Below, in pieces: positions 27,449 to 37,269 of a stretch of 64,000 nt of DNA (its first letter is position 1; each line of letters opens with the position of its first letter). Source of the DNA: a virus. The notes beneath the pieces were generated by a model. That model worked only from the letters and a program-made list of their open reading frames with translations. It ran no database searches and was not told the origin of the DNA. The stretch is taken from IMG/VR virus record IMGVR_UViG_3300034121_001395. One strand, given 5' to 3'. The position numbers were made by a program, and so were the translations under genes.

Positions 27449-28861
27449 ATGGCTACCATAAAAATTTCACAGTTAAGCGAACTAACAGTTGACACAGATG
27501 TAACGTCAAATGACCTCTTACAAATAATTAATATTGAGCAGACTTCGTCGACATATCCAGCTGGTACAAATCGCAAGATTAAAGCGAGTACCCTCGCAAA
27601 TGGACTCTCTCGTCTGACTACAACAATATCACCTGTTGTACAGGCTGCATTAGACAGCAAAGTATCGCTTGAAAACTTTAATAGCGCTGGTTTAAAAATT
27701 GCAGTTCCAGTAGTTGCTGCGTCTCCAGGCCTTAACTATGCGCTGTCTAATATTATTCCAGGTTCTATACTTGATGGAGTAACATTAGTGTCTGGTAATC
27801 GTGTGTTATTAAAAAATCAAACGGCCCCAGCGCAAAACGGAATTTATGTGGTTCAATCATCAGGGGTACCTTTACGCGCAACAGATTTTGACACTCTGCT
27901 AGAAATTAATGACGGCTATGTACTTGTAGATGGTGGCAATACACTTAAAGGCAGCGCATGGGTTGTAACGAGTGTAGTAGAAGAACTTGGCACTGACCCT
28001 ATAAATTTTACTCAATTTTCCTCTGCTATAACTAACGTATCAAAGGCGTCCATTGGATTGGGTAATGTAGACAACACGAGCGATGCAAACAAGCCAATAT
28101 CAACAGCAACTGCAACTGTATTAAACGGCAAACAGGCTACAATAACAGGAGGAGCAACATCAATAGTCTCAAACAATCTTACTGTTAATCGAGCATTAGT
28201 TTCTGACTCGTCTGGTAAAGTTGCAGTGTCTGCTGTCACAAGCACAGAATTAGGACGTTTGTCTGGAGTTACAAGTAGCATACAAAGTCAACTAGATTTA
28301 AAAGCAAATCTTGCAAGTCCTACTTTTACAGGAAATGTATCTCTTCCAAGCACTACAAAAGTTGATGGTGTTACGATTAGTTCTGAATTTATACCAGTGG
28401 GCGCAGTTATTCCATTTGCTATGAATAGTACGCCTGCTGGATGGGTAACATGTAATGGAGCAGTCGTGAATCGTATTGGAACATATGCTGATCTTTTTAA
28501 TGTAATTGGCACTACATATAACATTGGAGGTGAGTCATCGACACAATTTAGACTTCCTGATTTGCGTGGTATTTTTATACGTGGAAGTGGCAGTCAAACT
28601 ATTGATGGAACTTCTTATAGTGCAACCTTTGGTCAAACAGTAAAAGATGCATTTCAAAAATTTACTGGAACTTTAAGAATTGATTCCTGGATGAAAGGTA
28701 CTGGTGTTTTTTCAGAAAACACAACTCCTAGCTCGTATATTGATAATACTGGCGCTACAGATACTGGCTCAGAAGTTACTTTTGATCCAAGTACTGTAGC
28801 TAGGACTTCAAATGAAACTCGCCCAGTAAATATTGCTTTACGTTATTGCATAAAATTCTAA
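27449..28861 (+). CDS. tail fibre with phage tail collar domain
   Basis: IKISQL N-terminus; RVLLKNQT..QNGIY; PVGAVIPFA..TPAGW..CNG, FRLPDLRG.FIRG, ETRP.NIAL.YCIK. Confidence 0.85.
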   Translation: MATIKISQLSELTVDTDVTSNDLLQIINIEQTSSTYPAGTNRKIKASTLANGLSRLTTTISPVVQAALDSKVSLENFNSAGLKIAVPVVAASPGLNYALSNIIPGSILDGVTLVSGNRVLLKNQTAPAQNGIYVVQSSGVPLRATDFDTLLEINDGYVLVDGGNTLKGSAWVVTSVVEELGTDPINFTQFSSAITNVSKASIGLGNVDNTSDANKPISTATATVLNGKQATITGGATSIVSNNLTVNRALVSDSSGKVAVSAVTSTELGRLSGVTSSIQSQLDLKANLASPTFTGNVSLPSTTKVDGVTISSEFIPVGAVIPFAMNSTPAGWVTCNGAVVNRIGTYADLFNVIGTTYNIGGESSTQFRLPDLRGIFIRGSGSQTIDGTSYSATFGQTVKDAFQKFTGTLRIDSWMKGTGVFSENTTPSSYIDNTGATDTGSEVTFDPSTVARTSNETRPVNIALRYCIKF

Positions 28862-28873
28862 TAAATATAAAAT

Positions 28874-30025
28874 ATGCCAGTTAAAATTACAGATTTACGT
28901 GCATCAACTACTATTACAGGTAATGATTTTATTCAAATTATTGATAGTGATGACACTGACATGTCTCCTACCGGAACAAATAAAAAAATAACTGCATCTA
29001 ATGCTGCAAATCAACTTGCAAATTTAATTTCTAGTGTGCCACCTATAGTTGTGTCGTCACTCGCAACAAAGGCAAATCTTAATTCTCCTACATTTGATGG
29101 AAATGTAGTGTTACCAGACACAACCTCTATAGGAGCCGTTAATAGTGCTGAAATAGGACGGTTGTCTGGTGTTACAAGTTCTATTCAAACACAATTAGAT
29201 CTTAAGTCACCGCTTGCAAGCCCAACCTTTACTGGAACAGTTACTCTTCCAACTGGTACTGTAACGAGTGGTATGATCCTTGATGGCACAATTGTAAATG
29301 CTGATATTAATGCATCTGCTGCGATTGCTGGAACTAAAATATCTCCAAATTTTGGATCACAAAATATTGTAACAACTGGTACGACAACAGCAACAACATT
29401 TATAGGTGCACTTACTGGAAATGCTAATACCGCAACTATTCTTCAAAATGCCAGAACAATTGCAATTTCTGGCAGCGTAAGTGGAACGGCAACTAGTTTT
29501 AATGGAAGTGAAAATATTACAATTCCTGTTACAATTAATGATTCTTCCATAACAACTTTAAAGATCGCGGATGCTAATGTAACCCAAGGTAAACTTGCAT
29601 CTAATGTTGCAGGAAATGGCCCGACATTTAGAGCATATGCCGGCACAACTACAACACTTCCAACCAACTCTCATACAAAAATAAACCTTACGATTGAAGA
29701 ATTTGATACAAATTCAAACTTTTCTAATAGTAGATTTACGCCAAGTGTAGCTGGTTATTATTTAATAACTGGAACAATAGCTACAAATACATCCTCAATA
29801 TTTTCTATTTTAGCGTCAATATCAAAAAATGGAAACATTGTTTCATTTGGTTCTGGACAGGTCAATGCAGCGGGATTAAGATCTACAGTGAGTGATATAA
29901 TTTATCTAAATGGATCATCTGATTATGTTGAGCTTAATGGATATCATGTGTCCAGCACAAGCGCAGTAATAGCAACTGGGGGGAATCAAACATACTTTTC
30001 TGGTTGCCTTATTAGGTCGGCATAA
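28874..30025 (+). CDS. fibre protein with C-terminal C1q-like head
   Basis: VKITDL N-terminus; SPTFTG repeats; FDTNSNF...RFTP.VAGYY...YLNGSSDYVEL...FSG. Confidence 0.75.
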   Translation: MPVKITDLRASTTITGNDFIQIIDSDDTDMSPTGTNKKITASNAANQLANLISSVPPIVVSSLATKANLNSPTFDGNVVLPDTTSIGAVNSAEIGRLSGVTSSIQTQLDLKSPLASPTFTGTVTLPTGTVTSGMILDGTIVNADINASAAIAGTKISPNFGSQNIVTTGTTTATTFIGALTGNANTATILQNARTIAISGSVSGTATSFNGSENITIPVTINDSSITTLKIADANVTQGKLASNVAGNGPTFRAYAGTTTTLPTNSHTKINLTIEEFDTNSNFSNSRFTPSVAGYYLITGTIATNTSSIFSILASISKNGNIVSFGSGQVNAAGLRSTVSDIIYLNGSSDYVELNGYHVSSTSAVIATGGNQTYFSGCLIRSA

Positions 30026-30116
30026 ACAACTTTCTAAAAATATTTACAAAATTTCATTACACTCTTTGTTATTGCAACTAAAAAAATTTATATAAATACA
30101 TTAAATATATCCTAAT

Positions 30117-31502
30117 ATGGCAGCAATCGTAACAGACTCCTTTCGTAGAAATAATACACAATTTTTTCTAGACAATATTGCTCTTACAGACAGTAAATAT
30201 TATCTTGGGCTTGGTAAATCTGAACAATGGGCGACCGACGAGGAGTCAACAAGTTTAGTTATACCTATTCCTCTCGGAATTCCTTCAGATGACTCTGATA
30301 TAAAATCAAATTTAACTACATTAATTAAGATTAATGCGTTTAGTAGCGGACTGGTAATTCCACAAATAAAATGGAAAGCTGGCGCTCGCTATAAGGCATA
30401 CGGCCCAACTTATCCTGATTGTTTTTATCCTAGCACGCTTATTGGTGGAGGAGAAGTTAATCCATGCTATGCAGTTATAAGTGGACGAATTTATCTATGC
30501 TTAAAGGCTGGCGACGGAGCAGTTGCTAACATTCCAGTGTCTACCGACTATCGTGCCCTTAGTTATGGCAGTGATGGTTATATATGGATACTTGTTGATA
30601 ATGTAGTTACTGCAACTGCAAATATCAATACTGATCAATTTATTAGCATTTCTTCTGGAGTTGCTGCTGATTCAATTTCAGCAGCAATTGAAAATGATGG
30701 TGGAGGGTTATTATATGGATTTACAGTAACTTCTGGAGGCAGTGGATATACATCTACAAATTCTGTTCAGTTTGTTGCGCGAAAAAACAATAACACCGAA
30801 ATTACAATAACATGCCCAGTAAATATAAATTCTACTACTGGAGCGATTGAAAGTGTGCTATTGCCTGCTGACTATTCTTATATCTCGGAGTCTTCAAAAG
30901 GTATAGTTGATGGATATTTTATTTTTGGCCCGGCTGAAACTGGATCTGGGGCGGTTATAGTTCCACATATTGCTCCTGCCAGTGGATTTGCATACAAACC
31001 ATCAGCAACTTTACCATCGTGGTATGTTGGAATTGCGGTAGACGCAGTTGATACCATTTCGGATGATGGGTTGTATATACCGTATCGTCAAATATCAATA
31101 TTAAAAGATATAGAATATTCTGAAGGTTCATCAATTGATACACTAGCTGCGCTTCGTTACCTAACATTAGCGTCTGCTCCAACAAGTACTCCTCCAGTTG
31201 GTAGTTTAATAACTTTTGGTACGACTGGAATAAAGGCGTATTTTGATAACTATTCTGCTGTTTCTGTTGGTGGAAGCACTCAACATCGTGTTTATTTTCA
31301 CCAAAACTCAACTACTGGATATGGTGTGATACCATCAACTGGTTCATTTACAGCGCCTAATAATAACACTATAAATTATTTAACAGTAAATAATAATGAG
31401 TATACACCACGTAGCGGCGAAGTTATATTTGCTGAAAATCGCAAAAAAATAAATCGTCAAAGTGCTCAAACTGAAGAAATCAAGATTATTATTCAATTCT
31501 AA
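30117..31502 (+). CDS. gp8: baseplate wedge subunit gp8
   Basis: MAAIVTDSFR, YLGLGK, DGYIW, YRQI, SGEVIFAENR..I.R...QTEEIKIIIQF; TATAAATA at 30091. Confidence 0.85.
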   Translation: MAAIVTDSFRRNNTQFFLDNIALTDSKYYLGLGKSEQWATDEESTSLVIPIPLGIPSDDSDIKSNLTTLIKINAFSSGLVIPQIKWKAGARYKAYGPTYPDCFYPSTLIGGGEVNPCYAVISGRIYLCLKAGDGAVANIPVSTDYRALSYGSDGYIWILVDNVVTATANINTDQFISISSGVAADSISAAIENDGGGLLYGFTVTSGGSGYTSTNSVQFVARKNNNTEITITCPVNINSTTGAIESVLLPADYSYISESSKGIVDGYFIFGPAETGSGAVIVPHIAPASGFAYKPSATLPSWYVGIAVDAVDTISDDGLYIPYRQISILKDIEYSEGSSIDTLAALRYLTLASAPTSTPPVGSLITFGTTGIKAYFDNYSAVSVGGSTQHRVYFHQNSTTGYGVIPSTGSFTAPNNNTINYLTVNNNEYTPRSGEVIFAENRKKINRQSAQTEEIKIIIQF

Positions 31503-34500
31503 TGTCTGTTACAACATACAACACTACATATCATGATGATTATAATGCGTCTGGAAATGACGATAAAAATTATCTTCGCGTATTATTTAAACCTGGTTAT
31601 AGTGTACAGGTAAGAGAACTTAATCAGTTGCAGTCTGCACTGCAAGATCAAGTTAATCGCCTTGGCAGCAGCGTTTGGAAAAATGATACTGCGGTAATTG
31701 GCGGCAAGACTTCTTTTTTGCCTAGTGTACGCTCACTCACATTAAACCTATCAACTGCAGTTTCATCTGTTGCCGAAACCGCATTTACTGTCGCTCAAAT
31801 TGCCGAGACTGCAAAAACTATTGAATATATCTCAGGTCTTCGTGGTGAAATACTTGGTTATAGACAAATAGAGGCAAATATCTATAGGTTTTATTTTACA
31901 TACATCAGTACAGGAGACTCTAGAGAAACAGAATTTGACGATGATACTCCTACCGGTTATAGTCTAATAATGCGTTCTTCAGATTTAAATTTAACTGAAA
32001 ATGAGTTGCCCACAGTAACTGCATTAACTTATGTCTCTGTTGGGTTTGCATCTGGGCTAGTCTGTGAAGAAGGTGTATTTTTTACAAAAGGATCATTTGT
32101 AGCAGTTCCACGTCAAACAGTTTTCATTGATAAGACATCTGAAGAAACAACGCTCTCTGGATATGCTGTTTTAAAAATTGACGAAAATATTGTTATATAT
32201 TCAAGTGATAATACACTACTTGATAATGCAAATGGCACGCCAAACTATAGTGCTCCAGGCGCTGATCGCTATTCAATAGACTTAACACTGCAATGGATCA
32301 CGTCAACAGCATATGCCTCTGACACATTAAATTCATATATAAAACTACTTGTAATAAATTCTTCGCGTCCAGTAGAAGTTGTTGAAACTGCAGAATACTC
32401 TGAAATTGTTGATATACTTGCAAAGCGTACAAGTGAAGAGTCTGGTAACTATACAGTAAATCCATTTTCTATACAAATACGCGAAACGTTTGATGGTGAC
32501 GCTTTGCCTGCAAATTGTATAGTGGTTGGTCGACGTTATCGCATTCAAGATCTTGGTAGTACAGTTGCTCCACTCACTGATTGGGTTGCTCTCGGTGCAA
32601 CGTCTCCGGCAACTGTAGGTTCAGAATTTGTCGCAGTATTACCTCCTGGCGATGGCACAAACGGAACTGCAACTGTAAATGGCGGACGTGTTAGTGAGAT
32701 TGCATACATACACGGCGCATATCGCGCTGATGACCTTGACCAAATAGGATACACGCTTGATACACTAGCTCAGCAAAAGTCGGCAATTGAAGACGCCCGC
32801 GGTAAATATACCCTCACCGTTGATCCTTCAATAGCTTATGTAGATGGCTATCGAGTCTCATTGGATAAAAGTTTAAATATAACTGCCCCAAAAGCTCTTG
32901 AGACTGGAGAATTTAATATTAGCGTAAGTGCTAATATTGGTAATTATTTTATTGGTAATATACAAAAGGCTAATAATTCCGATTCCACTTTTCCAACTCT
33001 TTCGTCAATAACAAATGTTTATAATTTGTATGCATATGCAAATGGTGCACCATCAAATAGTACGTCTGGCGGCGTAATAATTGGAACTTGTCGTATAAAA
33101 GCATTTGAGGCAACCGGTGGTTCAGCAACGCAATTTAAATGTTATGTATATGATATAACATTTAATACGTCTGCACCTACAGCAGATTGGAATATTCGTC
33201 GATTTGATAATATAGATCAAATTGTTGGAAATAATTTTATGTTTAATGTCTCTAGTGGTAATCTACTAGAAACTGGTTCAAATACAAATCTATTTGACCT
33301 TCCACATCCGCAAACAAAGACTCTTCAAAATATATCATACTATGTTCAACAAACCTTTAGTGGTTCAACTGGGCCAAATATAACATTAACTGTTGGAGAC
33401 AATAAAGTATTTACTGATACGAGTGATATAGTTGTTCTTGTCAACGGAGACGTTAAAACTGTTGGCACACATTATACTGCAACACTTTCGTCAAACACAA
33501 AAACTATTACGATTGTTCCAATTAGTAGCAACTGGTCATCCGGCGCGCTTTATAGCGTAATAGCAAAAGTTAAAGTTACAAATGCTAATACTGCATCACG
33601 AGTAACAAAAAGCAAAGCAACTACTACTGATAGCGGAATTACGCCTGCGTCAGGTGGGGCTGCAAAAATATACACTCTTAAAAATACAGACATTATACGC
33701 ATAATAAGTGTAACTTCAAACAGTAAAGACATTACGTCATCATTTAAATTAATTGATGATGGACAACGTGATAATGTCTATACAAATGGGCGAGTTCAAT
33801 ATATTGGATCTGCAACATTAAATGCTAATATTAATATAACATATGAATATTATGAGCGACTTGGTGGAGTGTCTGGTCGTGACTTGGTAATGTATACTGT
33901 TGATTCATACAGCTCAAATAACAATAGTGTTGGCACAGCATTTGATGACATTCCAACATATGCAGGAGTTAAACTTTCTGATGTACTAGACTTTAGACAA
34001 GACGTACTATACAGCGTAACTGGTGGAGTTGTTGGAAGTGTAGTACAAAATCTTGGCAAAGCTGTTATTGACCCAAACACTCCAATAACTGCTGCAGCTA
34101 CATTTTATTTGCCACGCATTGATAAACTTACAGTAAATTCTAAAAATGAATTTTCAATTATACAAGGCATTCCATCTTTGACTCCAATTGAGCCAAACAC
34201 CCCAAAAAATTCAATGACGCTTTATTCATTGAATGTTCCAGCATACACAGCAAATGTTTCAGAAATCGTAAAAAATTACATTGATAATCGTCGATACACA
34301 ATGAGAGACATTGGCACTCTTGAAAAACGTATTGGCAATATTGAATATTATACGTCATTATCATTATTAGAACGCTCTGCAAATGATAAATCGATATTTG
34401 ATGATACCGGTGAACGATTTAAAAATGGAATATTAGTTGATAACTTTATTGGTCATGGCGTAGGAGATGTATTTGATCCACAATATCAGTGTGCAGTTGA

Positions 34501-37024
34501 TCGAAATGAAGGAATTTTACGCCCAAGATATAACAGTCATAATATTGATCTCGCAATTGACAGCGCACTTTCTGACACAACAAAGCTTGCAGACAATGGG
34601 AAAATAAGAGTGCATGACAGCATAATTACACTTTCATATGATGAAGTTGAACTTGTATCTCACTTAAAAGCAACCGCACACATTAGCGTTCACCCACACG
34701 TCTATGCTAAAATTAATGGTTCAATTCGTCTGTCTCCAGCAGCAGACAATTGGAAAGACACTGTCACTCGTCCTGATCTTATCGTCACTGATAACAGCGC
34801 GTTTGACGCAATTAAATTTATTGCTGAAGACCCAAGCCTTGATATACTTGGCACAGACTGGAACAACTGGGAACGTGAATGGGGTGGTTCTACAACTACT
34901 CGAGTAGTAGGAAAATTTCAAAAAGGTAGAGGTATACCAACTACTACTACAACCACACGTCAATACACTGAAGAGCGTACAGGCACAAATACGACACTTG
35001 GTTTTTCATTTGTTCCAAAAAGTCTCGGCGAAAATGTAGTTGACACTGCAATTATACCATTTATTCGCTCACGAATAGTATATTTCCATGCGACTGGCTT
35101 AAAGGCGTCTACTCGTGTCTATCCATTTTTTGAAGACAAAGATATATCAGCCTACACAAATCAAATATTAAATAATGATTCTAGTAAATTTATTGTTCCT
35201 ACAACAGTAAATGATAACACTACTCGTCGTTTTGATGGAATTTTATCAAATGAATTGCCGGCTTCAGAGTCTGGTTATAGCGCATATGGAAGTGTATTGA
35301 CTACTGATGCATCCGGTGAATTGTATGGATCATTTATTATTCCAAATAATAGTTCAATGAGATTCCGAACTGGTGATCGCACATTTAAGCTTACAGATGA
35401 TCCTAGAAACTTATCATCAGAGACGACATACGCGCTATCGAAATATACTGCAAGTGGTATACTTGAAACTGTTCAAGAGACAATATTGTCTACAAAAACC
35501 CCGCAATTTACTGTAACACCATTAAATGAAACGCGTTCTGGTAGTGTTGTAACTTCAACAACTACATATCATGACCCTCTTGCGCAGTCATTTGTAATTA
35601 GTCCAGAAGACTATCCAACTGGTGTGTTTATAACTTCAGTTGACTTATATTTTGCCCAAAAAGCACTCTTCCAACCAGTTGAAATTTATATTGTAACTAT
35701 GGAAAATGGCGCACCAACACGTAAAATTGTTCCATATTCACGCACTTTCCGTCGTCCGTCTGAGGTGCAAATAAGTGCAAATGGATCACTACCTACAAAC
35801 TTTAAATTTAGTGATCCGGTCTTTTTAAAGAGTGATGAAGAGTATGCAGTAATTGTGTCTTCAAATGACGGTGACTATCGTTGCTGGTATGCTATACTTG
35901 GCGAGTCTGATGTAATTACTGGCAAGCGCATAGAAAAACAAGAATATCTTGGAACATTCTTTACTAGTGCAAATGCATTTACGTGGACGCCACAACAAGA
36001 ACAAGATTTAAAGTTTAAAATTAATCGTGCTCAATTCTTTGATCCTGCAACAACTTCATTTAAATCTGGTAACATTTCATTTAGAACACAATTACACACC
36101 GGTGTTGAAGCCATTGAAATTGTAGATGGCGGAAGTGGTTATGGGTTGCCTCCAATTTTAACATTTAGTCCAGACAGAGGAACTCGCGCAGAAGCAATTC
36201 TTGATCCATCTAATGGAAGCGTTTCACGTATAATTATACATGATCGCGGTGCTGGTTACACAAACAATCCACCAGCAGTAATTGTAACTAAAGACCCAAC
36301 AGACACTAATACTCCAGTTGTGGCAAATCTAATTGCTAAACGGGCAGAAGTTCCAGTGTCAATTTATAATTTGCGCCAACCAAATTTAATATTTAATAAT
36401 TCTGCAATTTCTCATAACATTCAATTTGGTGCAGAATCATCTGTGCGCATTGAATCAAATACAAATAATTATATTCCAAGTAGTTATGGTAATTTAAATT
36501 CACATACACTCACTTCATTAAATCAAAACATTCCGTTTGGACCGCGTGCAGTAATAACATCAACCCTTGCCACTGCTGATTCAGCAATATCACCAGTAAT
36601 TGATGCCGATGGCTCATCATTATTAACAATAACAAATCTTATTAATGATGACTCTACAGATGAAACCGGTAATGTTGGTGCTGCACTCACTCGCTACATT
36701 ACTCGTAAAGTTAATTTAAATGCTCCGTCTGATTGGTTAGACATTTATATATCTACTAATCGTCCTACGGCTGAAACAAACATTAAGGTTTATGCCAAAC
36801 TAGGTTTTGATACTACAACTCCAGATGATCAATTGTTGTGGACAGAATTGACACCTACAAATCCTATACCAATTAATGCTAATCTTGATGTATATTCTGA
36901 AACACAATATAGAATTGACCCAGGTGATGACTTTATTTCTTTCCAAGTAAAGGTTGTACTCTTATCAGACAATATTTTTGATATACCAACAATTAGAGAC
37001 TTTAGAGCAATTGCAACAGTATAA
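31502..37024 (+). CDS. large virion structural protein (VrlC/DUF4815-like)
   Basis: YHDDY..RVLFKPG.SVQ.RELNQLQ, APGADR, NRRYTMRDIG.LEKRI, RFKNGILVDNF, DPLAQSF. Confidence 0.88.
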   Translation: MSVTTYNTTYHDDYNASGNDDKNYLRVLFKPGYSVQVRELNQLQSALQDQVNRLGSSVWKNDTAVIGGKTSFLPSVRSLTLNLSTAVSSVAETAFTVAQIAETAKTIEYISGLRGEILGYRQIEANIYRFYFTYISTGDSRETEFDDDTPTGYSLIMRSSDLNLTENELPTVTALTYVSVGFASGLVCEEGVFFTKGSFVAVPRQTVFIDKTSEETTLSGYAVLKIDENIVIYSSDNTLLDNANGTPNYSAPGADRYSIDLTLQWITSTAYASDTLNSYIKLLVINSSRPVEVVETAEYSEIVDILAKRTSEESGNYTVNPFSIQIRETFDGDALPANCIVVGRRYRIQDLGSTVAPLTDWVALGATSPATVGSEFVAVLPPGDGTNGTATVNGGRVSEIAYIHGAYRADDLDQIGYTLDTLAQQKSAIEDARGKYTLTVDPSIAYVDGYRVSLDKSLNITAPKALETGEFNISVSANIGNYFIGNIQKANNSDSTFPTLSSITNVYNLYAYANGAPSNSTSGGVIIGTCRIKAFEATGGSATQFKCYVYDITFNTSAPTADWNIRRFDNIDQIVGNNFMFNVSSGNLLETGSNTNLFDLPHPQTKTLQNISYYVQQTFSGSTGPNITLTVGDNKVFTDTSDIVVLVNGDVKTVGTHYTATLSSNTKTITIVPISSNWSSGALYSVIAKVKVTNANTASRVTKSKATTTDSGITPASGGAAKIYTLKNTDIIRIISVTSNSKDITSSFKLIDDGQRDNVYTNGRVQYIGSATLNANINITYEYYERLGGVSGRDLVMYTVDSYSSNNNSVGTAFDDIPTYAGVKLSDVLDFRQDVLYSVTGGVVGSVVQNLGKAVIDPNTPITAAATFYLPRIDKLTVNSKNEFSIIQGIPSLTPIEPNTPKNSMTLYSLNVPAYTANVSEIVKNYIDNRRYTMRDIGTLEKRIGNIEYYTSLSLLERSANDKSIFDDTGERFKNGILVDNFIGHGVGDVFDPQYQCAVDRNEGILRPRYNSHNIDLAIDSALSDTTKLADNGKIRVHDSIITLSYDEVELVSHLKATAHISVHPHVYAKINGSIRLSPAADNWKDTVTRPDLIVTDNSAFDAIKFIAEDPSLDILGTDWNNWEREWGGSTTTRVVGKFQKGRGIPTTTTTTRQYTEERTGTNTTLGFSFVPKSLGENVVDTAIIPFIRSRIVYFHATGLKASTRVYPFFEDKDISAYTNQILNNDSSKFIVPTTVNDNTTRRFDGILSNELPASESGYSAYGSVLTTDASGELYGSFIIPNNSSMRFRTGDRTFKLTDDPRNLSSETTYALSKYTASGILETVQETILSTKTPQFTVTPLNETRSGSVVTSTTTYHDPLAQSFVISPEDYPTGVFITSVDLYFAQKALFQPVEIYIVTMENGAPTRKIVPYSRTFRRPSEVQISANGSLPTNFKFSDPVFLKSDEEYAVIVSSNDGDYRCWYAILGESDVITGKRIEKQEYLGTFFTSANAFTWTPQQEQDLKFKINRAQFFDPATTSFKSGNISFRTQLHTGVEAIEIVDGGSGYGLPPILTFSPDRGTRAEAILDPSNGSVSRIIIHDRGAGYTNNPPAVIVTKDPTDTNTPVVANLIAKRAEVPVSIYNLRQPNLIFNNSAISHNIQFGAESSVRIESNTNNYIPSSYGNLNSHTLTSLNQNIPFGPRAVITSTLATADSAISPVIDADGSSLLTITNLINDDSTDETGNVGAALTRYITRKVNLNAPSDWLDIYISTNRPTAETNIKVYAKLGFDTTTPDDQLLWTELTPTNPIPINANLDVYSETQYRIDPGDDFISFQVKVVLLSDNIFDIPTIRDFRAIATV

Positions 37025-37029
37025 AATAT

Positions 37030-37260
37030 ATGGCTACAAGAAAAAAAATTAAAGTAGAAGAAAATATATCATTAGAAAGAGATTCTTTTTCTAATGCAAT
37101 TTTAAATACTGATTTTGCTGCATACACTGCGGCACGCAATCGTAAAAAGCATATACGAAATCAAGAACGAATAATTGCAGATTTACAAGCAAAAGTTGAA
37201 GAATTGTTGTCTTGGAAAGTTGAAATAATGAAAATGCTAGCAAAAAAAGAGAATAAATAA
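37030..37260 (+). CDS. small conserved coiled-coil protein following the DUF4815-like gene
   Basis: LERD..SNAILNTD..AY motif; synteny. Confidence 0.7.
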   Translation: MATRKKIKVEENISLERDSFSNAILNTDFAAYTAARNRKKHIRNQERIIADLQAKVEELLSWKVEIMKMLAKKENK

Positions 37261-37269
37261 ATAAAGATA

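Noticed and set aside
27250-27450. Complete diversity-generating retroelement
   Set aside because: No template repeat, reverse transcriptase or Avd-like gene seen in the window; kept only as a candidate target
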